Shown: positions 47,158 through 61,162 of the stretch, one piece after another
How positions within the stretch are numbered: position 1 is the stretch's first letter
How the letters are laid out: every line of letters starts with the position of its first letter
Source of the DNA: Schmidtea nova
Lineage: Eukaryota
Length of the DNA stretch: 64,000 bases
Direction: 5' to 3'
Assembly (NCBI GenBank): GCA_044892505.1
Contig: CM097884.1
Coordinates: 20,522,001-20,586,000, forward strand
Translations under genes and position numbers: made by a program
Notes under the pieces: generated by a model
Told to the model about the DNA's origin: nothing
The model's database searches: none
The model's input: the letters and a program-made list of their open reading frames with translations, nothing else

Positions 47158-47713
47158 AACTAGTAAATCAAAAAAAAATTCTTTTTTCAAATCCATGCTT
47201 TATGCGAGCAGAACTCCACTTGGCTGAGAAATTTTTTTTTGTTATATTTTGTAGAAGGGAAAATTATATTACATTTTTCGTGTGTCCTCAAAAAAAATTT
47301 TTAAAAAAAAATTTGTTTTCAAATTTTTTTTCAAAACATTTATTTTTATATTAAAAGTTAAATTAATTAAATAAAAAAGCAAAAAAAAGCATTAAAAAAA
47401 TTAAAAAAAAATTTCACTTGAGATGATTCGAACAATAATTTATATTACATTTACATGCAAAATTTCTCTGAAGACACCAACACATTTACCTCTCGTCCAT
47501 TGTTAAATGTATGGGGAAATTCAAATTGTTATTTAGTTAACTTAATTAACTTTTTTTGGTCAAATTTATCAATTTCCATGTATTGTCACCGGAAGTGAGC
47601 AAGTGTGCAAAATTTGAAGTGAATCGGTTGAGAGAAAAGCACTAAAAATTGATTTGTAATTTTGTGGCACACACATATATATAGAAAGCAACCTTATATA
47701 AAGCATGGAAAAA
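47158..47713. repeat. ~555-bp dispersed repeat, copy 1
   Basis: Near-identical to 62120-62675. Confidence 0.92.
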
Positions 47714-48392
47714 TGACTGACATTACTTAACTGCTCAAACCGCAACAATATTTGCAAGCTATCTCTTCGTACCGGCAGCGCTTGGTCAAGAAATAGAGAT
47801 AGTTTTTGTGTCAGTCGTAATTGTGTGACATTGACTTTTAAAAATATACTTGTCTGGTCGCGATGTGTCTGACAATAACATTCTCAAAAAAGCCTGTTTT
47901 TTTCGTGGAACCGAGTGTTTAATAATAGATGATTTTTGTACGGAAAAATATCAAATTTCAATTTTTTCTTTGGAAAAAAGTATTCATTGGATTTGACAAA
48001 GACTGGGCCCAATGAAGAGCCACTGTTGACCGAAGTTTCGTGACCACTGGTTTATTATTGTGTCTAATTTGTATTTAATTGACAAAAAACATTTTGATCT
48101 TTTGTCGGCATAAAAAAAATAAATGAATTTGTTAAAAGATCAAAGACGAAGAAGAATAAATATTTTATTTAATGACATTATAAAATGATAATATTGAAAT
48201 AGGACCTTTAGTCTTAATTTCAATATAAAAACTTGTTTTTCTATAAAGATTTTCAAAGAAAATCGGTTGTTTACTCACTGATGTTGTTTTAAACAATGTC
48301 AATAATTAATTATAACATTAGTGTTTAGTAGAGTTTTCTCGTAATAAAAATCTGCATAAATTTTAATACTGATATCATTAATATTTCTCTAG

Positions 48393-48652
48393 ATATGTCA
48401 CATTCTGACAAAACGATAAACAACTGTTGTTCACGAAGGAATTCCGATAAAGAGGAAATACAAAGGTATATAAAAAGTAAGCAGAAGGCAGCTAGAGAAA
48501 AGCGTCTTGAAACTGAAATGATGGCTAAAGCTAGAAAAGAAAACATTAAAGCTTCTTTAAATAGTTTAGAAAACTATCATCAAAATAATTTTATGCAATA
48601 TCTATCTTCCAGACAAAACTATTTAAAACCGAGCAATGAGCAAGATTATGTG
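48393..48652 (+). CDS. Host gene exon, coiled-coil, CEP350-like (putative)
   Basis: tttctctag acceptor (phase 1) and gtaaat donor. SDKEEIQRYIKSKQKAAREKR...LNSLENYHQNNF resembles the CEP350 YDTDEVRQYIVRQQEERKRK...LQELYRKQKEAF block (recalled). Confidence 0.55.
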
Positions 48653-48700
48653 GTAAATTTTATTATTATTATTAATATTATTATTATTATTATTATTATT

Positions 48701-48897
48701 ATCATTATCAATAATTCTCATAATGACTATAGATCAAAAAATTTTTTTTATAAACAATAACACAATATTTCGGCACAGCCTTTATCAAGTGTGTATTTCA
48801 CACTTGATAAAGGCTGTGCCGAAATATTGTGTTATTGTTTATAAAAAAAAATTTTGATCTATAGTAATCATTATGAGAATTATTGATAATAATAATA
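48701..48897. repeat. Foldback palindrome (~95-bp arms), same family as 5425-5578
   Basis: Loop TATTT at 48794-48798; the centre is identical to that of the 5.5-kb copy. Confidence 0.9.
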
Positions 48898-49120
48898 AAA
48901 AAAGATCAAAGGTGAAAANNNNNNNNNNNNNNNNNNNNNNNNNNNNNNNNNNNNNNNNNNNNNNNNNNNNNNNNNNNNNNNNNNNNNNNNNNNNNNNNNN
49001 NNNNNNNNNNNNNNNNNNNNNNNNNNNNNNNNNNNNNNNNNNNNNNNNNNNNNNNNNNNNNNNNNNNNNNNNNNNNNNNNNNNNNNNNNNNNNNNNNNNN
49101 NNNNNNNNNNNNNNNNNNNN

Positions 49121-49346
49121 CAATGTCATCTCTAAATAAAACCAAGTTGGTGACCCCAATTTATGATGAATTAGAAAGAGAAGGATTCTTAGAATATTTT
49201 GGTGATAAAATGTTCTTTAAGTTTTAATTGATTATTTTATTTCCAGAAATGAACAACTATGATCACCATTTTATATCTAATTTGCCTAGTAAATATAAAA
49301 ATGGCCTCAATAGCACAGTGGATTCAGGAATTGAAACTGGTGAATG
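49121..49346 (+). CDS. Two host exons separated by a 45-nt intron (49202-49246)
   Basis: MSSLNKTKLVTPIYDELEREGFLEYF|EMNNYDHHFISNLPSKYKNGLNSTVDSGIETGE stays in frame across GT...CAG. The 5' end lies in an N gap. Confidence 0.55.
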
Positions 49347-50804
49347 GTATAGGTCACTAACTCCTGGTAAACTTTGATACATTTTGATAAATTTTGCTTC
49401 AAATTTTAATTATATTTTCTTTATAATATTAATTCGGGAATTTCCCCCAAGGCGTTTCTCTCAATGTAATTATCCTAAGATTAGTTTTTCTTAATGTCCC
49501 ACTTTATATTTCTTAAAATATATTCCAATGTTATTCAATTACTCACTGGCTGCAGATTTAATTTGTTATTTGTTTTATCATAATATGTATTGTATGATTT
49601 TAACAAAGAAAAATTGTTGATTAACACCGGCAAATGATTAAAACTTTTAATAATTTTTAAACATTTCCTTTTCTTTTTTATTTATTTTCAGATTATTGAT
49701 CAATATTTTTATTTTTTATGACGATTTTTCGACAGTATTTTTTCTTATGTTTTCAAAAACTGTTTGTAGTTATGTCTGATCCAGGACAGTTACCCCTTTG
49801 GAAAAAGTAGGTCAAAGTTTTCTTTTAGGGCAATATAAGTTCAATATAAGATAAAAAAAGGTTGTTCCAGGTAGAATTTATGTCACTTTAATGTCAAACT
49901 ATGGTAAACAAATTAACATAACAGAAATTAACATCTCCTATTTTCACATTTATCTATTCATTTAAAATTCAATAGTTAAGATTAAGTTAAATATAATGAT
50001 TGAAAAAGACTCGAAAAAGGCTGTGCCGAAAATCCGTGTAAATATTTTGATCTAGTCTATATAAAAATATGAAAATTTCTAAAAAATTATGTTGGAAATA
50101 ATAGATTTAAGATTCACGAATATTCGGTTATATTTGGTATTTACTATTTGGTAAGATGACCGACCAAATACCGAATTATTTTTAAATTTATTAGAAAATT
50201 AAATCTTTACATATATAAGAAAAAATGTCATTGAAAACCAAAATGTATCGTAAAATAAATAAATATACAAACATGTTATATAAAATTTCAACAGATATTC
50301 TTGTTTTTGATGAAAGCACATTCCCAAGTGTCACGATAATTATTACACTCAACTGCAAATATCTCAAATCACACTGGTGAATAAAAATATTGATGTAAAT
50401 CCATTTATTTTAATTTTCATAGTGAGAATTTTTAAGATTCAAAAATCTATTCTCATAAAAGTAAAATTCATGACAATTTTATTAATTCTACAAATTTTTT
50501 GATAAAGCCGCATCCTTAAGTTTTATAAAATTGATTTTGACTATTGTGAGGTGTTAATATAAAAATTGCTAAAATAAGTTTTTTAAATATTGATTAAAAA
50601 AGATTATAAAATTGAAAATATAAATTTGTATCAGTATGTTAAATTGTAGAATGCTTGAATCATAGCTTATAAAAATTATCGATGCTTCAGAAAAAATATT
50701 TAAATAATATTATTGATTAATATTGTTTGAATTAGATATTTTAAAAAATATATAAAAATTTTTTGAATTGAATCTTGTTATTATTTAAATCTAATTATGT
50801 CTTC

Positions 50805-51500
50805 AGAAGAAAACAAGTACAATGTAAGTGGACAATGTACGAGACACCGTTATCCCTTTATGTCCCCGAATCTAAAAGAAAGTCTCAAGAATGGAAACTA
50901 CCAGGAGAAAGAAGCTCACTGAAAATGCAGTCCTCAACTTGCCACCGAAAGGCTCTCATGCTGACGGTGTTTTGGGACGTCAATGGTATTATTCTGACTG
51001 ACTTTGCTGAATCCGGCGTGAAGATCAATAGTTCTTACTACTCCAACATCGTGCAGCAAGCAAGGAAGGCACAACGCAAGAGCAGAGTGTGTGATCTCTA
51101 TTTGTTACACGATAATGCTCCCATCCACACCAGCAGCGTTTCCATGGCCAAAATTGAGCGTTGCGGACTCAATTTGCTTCCCCATCCACCATACAACCCC
51201 AATTTGGCTCCCTCCGATTTTTTCCTGTTTAACCATCTTAAGAAGCATCTGCGGGGCCAGGTGTTTGCCAACAAGCATGATTTGAGAGCAGCCGTGGAGA
51301 GTTTTCTGGGAGAAAAGCCTCCAGAATTCTTCAAAAACGCCTTCGAAAACTTCGTTCATCACTGGGAAAATTGTGTCAGTGCAGAAGGAAATTATTTTGA
51401 GAAATTATGGCTATTTACCATGCTTGTTCTAAATACAAAGTTTTGTGTTGGTATCTTAAGTCTTTCTATTTTAGTCTCACGAATTATTGGGCGCACCACG
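50805..51500 (+). mobile_element. 5'-truncated mariner (DD34D-type) element
   Basis: MLTVFWD, LLHDNAPIH, LPHPPYNPNLAPSDFFLF and EGNYFEK; the first catalytic D region is decayed (TMYET). Ends ttattgggcgcaccacg followed by TA. Confidence 0.88.
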
Positions 51501-51998
51501 TAAATGCGGATAACAAATATTGAATTTATATTTTATAATTTTGATGTAAAAATAAAAATAATTAAATAAATATGTTTTAAATAAATTTTTTTTTATTTTT
51601 ATCAAGTTTGTTATAGTATAACTTATTAAATAAATTCACTTAATTTAAAATTTAAATAATAATGATCATGCCATCTATGTGGCGTAGTATAAATTTTAAC
51701 TTTTCGCTTTAGTAGAATCTCGCAAAAAGTATTCGGTAATTGGCTGAATCGCAAAATTTATAAAATAGATTACTTGTGAAAATAATAAAATATTTTACTT
51801 ATAATAATTTTTTTCGTTTTAATAATGATTTTAGGTAAAAATAAATAAAAAATCATATGTTTATCCGTCTTGCTTAAAATTCTCTTTATTCCTCTAATAA
51901 TCAAAATTCTTACCCTCGGATTCCAACAGTTTTTTGGAGAGAAAACCAGTTCTTATTGAAGTTAATTCACGTACAATTAATTATAATTCTCATTTCAG

Positions 51999-52140
51999 AA
52001 AAGTTTAGAAACTCATATGAAAGAATAAATGAACATAATTCTTGTTTCCCACCACCGTTGCCGCCCTCTTCGTAAGAGATACATAATTATTAAATAAACT
52101 TTATTTCCTCATTTTAGAAAGCCAGCTTCACAAACAGACG
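51999..52140 (+). CDS. Two small host exons separated by a 46-nt intron (52072-52117)
   Basis: cag|..KFRNSYERINEHNSCFPPPLPPS|gtaag...ttag|SKPASQTD, in frame. Confidence 0.5.
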
Positions 52141-54793
52141 TTAGGTTGGATAAAAGTTATAAAAATTCTAAATTGAAAACAGCTCATTACAACAAACTAC
52201 AAGAAGTATTATAATTTTTTTATATTCAATTAATACTTTTATTTTTGATTGTTATCAATTATTATTTTATTAAAAATGTTGAAAATACCCCTATTTCTAT
52301 TGATGCCGCGTTACTACCGTATTATAAAAGCTCATTTTTATAAACTTCCTTGCTAAATTAAAATTGGTCTTGATATTTGAGCAGTGGTTCTTAAGCGATT
52401 GTAGATGCATCCCATATAGATGAATCAAACATTGCTTGATTACCATTCTTTAATTTTGTACAATTTTTTAAATCTAATTTTATATGTTTAAGAATTATCC
52501 TTTACTTAATTAGAGTTTCTCCTACGCTGAGAGCATCATATTACAATAACATCGATAAGAGTTCTATTTTCAGACGGGAAAATATAGATAATAATATCAA
52601 TTACAGTCTAGATTTTTAATTAATATCGTAATAAAATTCATTATTTTTATTTCTATACTTTTTTGAATGGGTGCAAAAATACATATTCAATTTCATGGGG
52701 GTGCAGCTAATGATAAATGTTAAGAATCATTGTGTAAGTGTCTGTCAGGGTTTATGGACTCTTTTTCAGAAGAGTCATCCTCAAAAATCTTTCATTACTT
52801 GTTTATGGGAATACATTTATATGATTATTCTATCTTTCTAACGTAACTAATTATGTTTTCCATATATTATTAACCAAATGTTGATGGTCCTAGAATTAAT
52901 TCTAACGTCTACATCACAATAAAGGTTTTTATATGGATTTTTATAAATGCTTTTATTTCAATAATCAAAATGTTAATTAAATTCGTTATGATGTACCGTC
53001 TGCTGGTTCGTGGTTAATTTTTAATATTAAAATTTTTGACTAGGAATTTTAAGAATTATATTCGTACCATCCATAAATATACAAAATTTTCATTTTTTAA
53101 AAAATAAGAATAGATCAAAATTGATTTTTTGAAGCATACAAAATTTTGGCACAGCTTTTCTTAAGTGTTTTAAAAAGACTGTGATGAGAATTCTTGTACT
53201 TTAAAAAAATAAAACAATCTTTTTATAAAAGAATGGAAATTTAAGGAAAAGAAGAGATCTAAGTTGAAAAAAGAAAAGATTAATTATAGTACAAAATTTC
53301 GCTGTTATTTTGAAATTTTAATTTCTTTTATGAACTTTATCAACTTCCTTATGAATCTTTAAAAAAACAAGTTATAAAACAAATCTCATATTTATTTATT
53401 ATATGAATTATAATTTAAATCATTTTTGGATTTCGGATGACTTCTGGTTAAAATATAAGAAAAGTATTAATATTTATTTGATCAGAGCGATTCAAAATTG
53501 TGATATTCAATGTGGCTTTGGTAGTGGAGTGGTCAGATTCTTAGGTCTTGTCATAAAGTCACTGGGTTCGATTTCTTTTGAATCTAATTTTTTACATGAT
53601 ACTGATAAGAGCCAAATAAGATCGAAATGCGTCTTCTATTAGAAATCGTATAGAATTTTACATTAAAACTTTAAATTAATTACGAAAAAATACAATTTTA
53701 ATGCAATCAATCAATCTTTATTGTATTTGTTGTATATTTTTTTCATTTATTGCATTACTATTTGTTTGTAACTGTAACTTTGGTTCTAAAATTATAAGCC
53801 ATAGCCAATTAACTGGACTATATAATACCATCCATCATTTGAGCTTGTATTACAGAAAAAATACATACATACCGGTGATATATGTATAAATTATTTTTTG
53901 TACAATATTTAGGTTATATGATTCACTAATTTAGGTTTGTCCTGGAACTAAACGTTTTTTCTTTACTTTTTGATTCAAACTGTATTTCATGATTATAAAT
54001 CGCAACCTACCTGTACGTATTTATCGTGTTTTCAATTTTATTTGTGTTGACAATGAGTCTAATACTATTTTAGTTTCATGCTTCCATTTAACTTACAAAT
54101 GAGCAAAAACCATTTTGTGCTTTGGCTATTTACTATTTATAAAATGAAACCTAAAGACTTATCACGTGATAGTGACGTGCAAATTGTTAGCTTATAGTAA
54201 ATTCAATTTGAAAATGGTTTATTTGGTAATTTACAAATCATAAATGCTAAACAAATTATTTGTATTTGTATTTTAATTTTTTTGTCAATTGTATTAATAA
54301 AAATATTATTTTACGAAGACAAATTTCACATCATTTATATATCTATTGTTCGATATTAGTAGAAGTAATAGTAACGTAATGTTTATCATAAAGGTTTGCC
54401 AATTATAATGAAATATTAATTAAGGAAATAAACTTGAATTTCTTACAATGAATTATCTATTAACTATACGGTAATGCGATGATTTATTGTTCTTCTTTTA
54501 TATTCCTTATAGTTATTAGATTGTATTAATTTATAATTTATTATTAAAATGAATATTGCTACCTTGAAATTAATTAAAACTCAATATTGAATTATTCTGT
54601 CCTTATTTTTCTTTAGTTTTGTTCATATTTGATGAGAATATAATAATCGGTTGTTTAGCAGATTGTAGCTTTAATTTGTAAATCTTTTCATTGTAAAGTT
54701 TACAATAAGGCAAGTTATGTTTTACTTTTAACGTTAAACTTAGATTTACAAAAATTTTTATTGTAAAATCTGTAAAGTTAACATGTAAAAATA

Positions 54794-54794
<1 letters not shown>

Positions 54795-54866
<72 letters not shown>
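54795..54866. repeat. (TA)n microsatellite
   Basis: Direct reading. Confidence 0.95.
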
Positions 54867-54871
<5 letters not shown>

Positions 54872-57684
54872 AATAATTAAATTTACTTTTTAGACTTTTT
54901 CGATATTTTTGATCTATAGTCATACAATTATTGCTTTGAAAATTATTGATTTCAATAAAAAGAAATTGAAGGTGAAACCCAAAGATAATTATTATAAACA
55001 AAATTATAAATATTTTGTTAGATTAATTTTTTTAAATTTATATTAAATTATTTATAAATAAAAATTAAATTAAATAACGCTTGTTTAAAAAAACAAGAAA
55101 ATTAGAATTTCAAAAAAACCAATAAAAATGTCAAACATGCGAAAAACCGAAACCTTTACATTGCGAGTTACGATCTCTTTGTTAATCTCGATCACTAACA
55201 CTTTCAATGTGAACAAAAATAGCTTCTCAAGACAATTGATTTCCAATGTCTCTAGTGTTAAAAACAAAAATAGGAAACCAATTTGTAGAGGAACGAAAAT
55301 TATTCTCATGAAAGAAAACGATTTTGTATAAAAATAAATTATATTATATTGCGAGATAAAAATTATTTGTAACTTCACATTTAGATTTTGTGGTTATTAT
55401 TTTATTACATTCAATTTTTACACGAAAAAATATGAAATATTAAATCAAAATCGACTAATAAATCTAATCATTCATCAATTTTCTTTAATATTATTATTAG
55501 TAATCATTTAAGACAATTTCTTTGAAGCTTTTTCATAATAATGTGTCATTATCATAGATAACCTTTTAAGTATCATCACAATATACAAATAACCGCTTAA
55601 TGTTCCTTGATCCATTCATTTTTCGATATTTAGTCAAGAAGATTAGTTTATTAATNNNNNNNNNNNNNNNNNNNNNNNNNNNNNNNNNNNNNNNNNNNNN
55701 NNNNNNNNNNNNNNNNNNNNNNNNNNNNNNNNNNNNNNNNNNNNNNNNNNNNNNNNNNNNNNNNNNNNNNNNNNNNNNNNNNNNNNNNNNNNNNNNNNNN
55801 NNNNNNNNNNGTATATTAAATAAAAACAATTTTCAATTAATTTATTCACTGTAACAAAGTCTAGACTCGAGTGAAAACTGAGATAGTTTGAATGAGACAA
55901 ATATTGAAATTCTGGGAGTAAACAATAACTTATTAATAAATTTCAAAAATTCCAACTAAATTTAACTTAAAATTAGTTTGCATTGTTTAGATTTTAAAAT
56001 AGATTATTTTACTAGGTAACAGAACATGAATTATATAAATTTTATTTTATTTTTGTTTTAATTCTTCCATAATAACCACATTTAATAATTCAAATTTTAT
56101 TATTTAAATCTGAGATATTGTATAAGATATACTTTTATTAGTAATTCCATGTTACAGAATTTTCGTTTTTTAAGTAATTAGACCAATTTTTTTAAAGTAC
56201 ACTAAATTTTTTTATAGTGTATATGAGTATTTCACACTTGAAAAATGCTGTCGAAAATTCGTTCAAAATTCTAAAAATATCAAATCACAAAAATATTGTT
56301 ACATTTACAATTATAAATAAAAATGATAAATATTATATTATATTACATAAATTTATAATATATTTTTAAGCTTCAGATCTAATTTTTAGTTTGCCGTAAT
56401 TTTTCACTACATTTACGTAAAAAAAATTCAAAAGATTAATTGAAATTTTCCAATTAAAACATTGTATTATCTTATTTCGAAAAATCTCTTCAAAAATATA
56501 TTTGCTTGCCTTTCATTAAGTTAAGAGTTGTATTAAATTTATTTAATTGCTCAGAAATACGTGCTAAATTGATTGCAATTTAGTTAAGATAAAAATGATG
56601 AATTACTGCCTGAAATAGACATTTCACTAAGGCGACGTCACATTAAACCGGATATCGTGAAGCTTGAAATATAAAATTCCTTTTGAAAAAATTTAAACAT
56701 TGATTTTTTGTCTTTGACCTTCAGAGTTTAGTAATTTTTAATTTTTATACATTTGTCATTGAATGCTTATATGAATTTATTTTCAATGTTATGTTATTTC
56801 TTCACATTACATTACAAACAATATTTAGCTTTACAAGTTGTGAAAATCGATTTTGTTTATCAATGACAGAAGATCAATAAACTTATTAGAGATTCGTGTT
56901 AAAGGCAAAATTACAGCAGACAATGGGATTTTGACCTGCAGTAATAGTATTTGGTCGCAAGATATGTCGACAAAAGACTGAAACGCAAAATTTGGATTCT
57001 AAGTATCTATATTGACAAAAGAAGAAAAGAAATTCGAGAAGAAAATATAAAATAAACAAATTATGGAAACAAATTAAAAACCAATAACTTCTGAAGATTT
57101 CAAGATTGAAGATAATGTTTTAGTAAACCAAGAAAATATAGAAATATTTATGAATGTTATCAAGGAACGGGTGAAGTTATAGAACAGATCCACGAAAGAA
57201 TCTATAGACTGAGAGATACAAATGGAAATGCAATTATTCGAAAAGTAGAATGGCTCAAGATTTTTTTTATATAAAGAGGGGATGTAATGAATATGTAGAT
57301 TAATCAATTAAATTAGCCTATTATGTAATAATAATTTAAAATCGTAGTTTCAAGATTAGAGCTTATTTATAATGCCTGATTGCTATGTTTGAATGTTGGT
57401 ATGTATGTGTGTTTGCAAGTATTTTGTATCAATAACGAGTAAACCAATAAACTCTCTTTTTAGGTGTTATGCAATGAAGGCCTATATTAGTACGTGTTGT
57501 ATATTTGTCATAAGAATATATTTTGGTATATTTACGTATGTCTTTTTTTAATAGTTAATGAAGAATAATTTGATTTTTTTGCTTTTGGGATAAATAATTT
57601 AAATATTTCGTGTTCTCATTTTTGTCGATATTTTGACTTAAAATTTAATAGATATTCTTCTCTTAGTTAATTCTATCAATAACA

Positions 57685-58010
57685 TTTTTCCTCCGAAAAT
57701 TAATCTTCAATTCAAACGATATGCTACAGAAAAGCCGCTACGAAAGCTCTAAAAATCTGTTAGTTTTGTACATTGTTGAAGGGTTAATTATTCAAATCAT
57801 TCCTAACAAAGAAACCAAAACACTGACTATTACTGAAACTGGAATCATAATGATAGAAACGGATTCTATGAACGTTTAAGGAATGAATGAAAAAGCAGGA
57901 ACGAAGGCATTTACGAAAGTGTTGCAAGCTTGTGATGCCATGCCAATGATTGACCAATTCGGTTTCTACTTGTCAAATCTATTTACAGATAAAGTACAGA
58001 TCACATGAGC
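57685..58010 (+). pseudogene. Hsp90 N-terminal ATPase-domain pseudogene (intronless)
   Basis: FFLRKLIFNSND...RYES...IQIIPNKETKTLTITETGI.M....*G...AGTKAF...LQA....MIDQFGFY....DKV aligns with Hsp90; contains in-frame stops. Confidence 0.85.
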
Positions 58011-59308
58011 AAGTCCATGGAAATCATTTATGAACTTTTGAGCAAACAGGCTTATTAAAATTATTTCTAAGTCCATTTCATTACAGTGCAGATGGATTAT
58101 TGTAAATTTCGATCAGAACAATGCAACAATGAAAGACAAACTGCGCAAATTTTCACTAGACTTATGACTAGAAATATAATTTTTATTGCAACAATATAAA
58201 AATAGTTATTAAAAGTCCATTGGAAATCATTTTTAATAAGGAAACTTAGAAATACTTTAGTTAAAATGCATAAAGAATTTGTTCTGTAATTCATCGAGAA
58301 AGTTAATTACAAACAAATAAAGAGAAAAACTTATTTTAATTGATTATATTTTAATAAAAGTGGAAGAAGAACCAAAATATGAAAATTTTAAAAATATATC
58401 GGAATTCAAAAAGGAACTACTTAATTAGAAAGGATAAAGGGGAAACTATAAGTAGTTGAAAAACTCAAAAATTAGATTGTAAGTAAAATTGTGCCAATTT
58501 ATAATATTTGTAAAATATTAAATGGAGATTAGTGAATTTAAAGTCATATCACTCAAACAATTGATAAAATGGCTGTATACCATCCTGCTATTCTAATGTA
58601 AATTTCGTCAATTCACTTTCGCATTTTCAAAAAATTATTCCTTGATATCAGACGATGACAAGAAATTTGTAATTTTATAATATTAACAACTTTCAGAATA
58701 CAAATATTTATGTAAAAAAAACTCAAAGAAATAATACAAAAGAAATTTTAATTTTTTGAAAATTAAAATTATTAGAAATTACAAAGCACTTAAATGATTC
58801 ATTTAAACAAACACTACATTTTCTTATTAAGACCTTATATATTTTTTATTTGTTTTTTATATGACGCAAAACATTATAATTAAAACGGATATAATATATC
58901 AATGAAAGTAATCATACTGACTAAAACTGACAAATCGACACCACTAACATTCAGGATTGACCATTCCTCCTCAATAAGTCCACAATAAGTCTAATTATAT
59001 ATTATGGATTTTTTCGAATTATAGAATCAACAATCTCTCAGCAAGTAATAAAGATTAAAAACCATTTCAGATTTGAATTAAATTAAGATTAAAAATAAAA
59101 TTTCTTACATGACATAAAAAAATGTTAAATCGAAAATTTTTTGAAAATTTATTAAAAACGATGACCACTGATTTATATATACCGAATTTCCAATGACTTC
59201 TAATTTAAAAAACACTTATTTATATTAATTAAATTTGATTATTAATTTTTTAAAATTTTACGCTTTCTGGCGATGTTTTTCGAAGATAAAATCTATACAA
59301 AAAATTAT

Positions 59309-59312
<4 letters not shown>

Positions 59313-59376
<64 letters not shown>
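59313..59376. repeat. (TA)n microsatellite
   Basis: Direct reading. Confidence 0.95.
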
Positions 59377-59378
<2 letters not shown>

Positions 59379-60566
59379 CATAATTTATATATTTTATCTG
59401 CAGAAATATCAAGAGCAAATATCAGCTTATGACGCCAGCAGTGAGAATGAATTAGCACATGAAAATTTTGAAGTAAGTTCTCTAAATTGTTTGGACTGTT
59501 AATTTAATTTAATTATCGTACAAAATTTATTTTAAAAATTTGACCTTTGAAATAAAATTTGTAATATTGTGTCATCAAGCACGTAATAAATTTTCTTATG
59601 GGGATGGAAAACATAATTAGGCACTCGATTTTATTGGTTATGACTCATCGATTATGTAATTTCCTTTGTTCTTGAGTCCACCCTTCTTCCTATTTCACTG
59701 CTTTTTTCAAGTGTTATTTCAGGATGAAAACATATTGATCTTTACTCTGAAGAAGTCTATACAAAAAAATGAAATTGTTATCAACTGATGATATGTGAAG
59801 AAAATTTAAACCAAATTCGGCAATGATTCTGTTAAAAAGTTTTCCCTTAATATATTTCAATCGTAAATACCAAAAGAAATTGTCCTTTTGAAAGTAAACT
59901 TAGAAAAATTAAGGAGCGCCAATAAATCTGTAATAAGGTGATATTTGGCTTTTATTTTTCGATAATATTTTCGCATTTGTTACTGCTGGATGTGATACGG
60001 TTTAATTTTCCAATTGATTCGGGGCAACTGTTAGGAAGTATTATTTTTTCACAACAGTAACTCCTAAACACGCCTTTGTGGTAGACACTTCCACCTTGAT
60101 ACTACCTTGATATTACCTTGATATATATTTATTGTTGATTTTTCCAAATAATTTAATCAATTTACTGTGTACTGACTATCGTGAGTAGGTAAATTTCATA
60201 GAAATAATTTTGATAATATATAATTAAACAATTATTTTAATTTTGCTTTTTTTCAAAATTTCTTCATTCATTATTTTTTAAGAAAATTATTGCATCGCCA
60301 GAATTATCGGTGGTTTCTGGTGAAGTGGTAAAGATTCCAAAGTCGCCTATGATTCGAATAAAATTTGACTCAAATGACAATCCAGGCGCAGTGCAGTAAG
60401 ATAAATGATCAATTTTCAACAAATATTTATTTTTAATAAAGAGATAATTCAAAATTGTTTGAAAATTTTGAAAAATCCATTGAAATAACTGACAGAAATG
60501 ATAACAGAATAGTAATTGAATTGGATTTATCACATTTCCATTTTGTGATTTATTTCAATTTATCAG

Positions 60567-60692
60567 ACTGAACTTTATGAAAACCTTAAGGAAGCCCTCC
60601 TTACGGTACAGATTCCGTCGAACTTTGAAGACAAAGAAAGCGAAAGGGTGAAATTAGACAAAATATCTCAAGCTGTTCAGAATTTCATTAAA
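60567..60692 (+). CDS. Probable host exon (126 nt, phase 0-0)
   Basis: tttatcag acceptor, TELYENLKEALLTVQIPSNFEDKESERVKLDKISQAVQNFIK, gtattt donor. Confidence 0.5.
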
Positions 60693-61162
60693 GTATTTTA
60701 AGTTTTTTTTAAAAATATTTATGGGTTCATTAAAATAGTTTAAATAATTAAAAGATGTAATAAAAAATTAGTATATGGAATTGAATTTGTTAACAATTTT
60801 CCCTAGTAAAGAGTGTTTCCAACCAAATGACCTTTACATTTTTATGAATACTTTCTTGAGTGAATACAATACACTCTATACCATGCGAAAACGAACGTAT
60901 AAATGATAAAAATATGATTTTTGGGCGATTCGTTCAGCGGACTGCTAATCTAGTAAATTATTCATCCACGGACTATTCATTTCAAAATAATAATATATTA
61001 TAAAATATATTACTAAAAACTAAATATATGATAAAATAATAAACATATATAATATTGTGTATAAATAATAAACTTTAACACAATGTCCACAAAAATTTTT
61101 GAATTTTCGAAACATAGCAAGAGAACACTTTTTCCAAGAGAATGGTTAACATGGAATACAAC

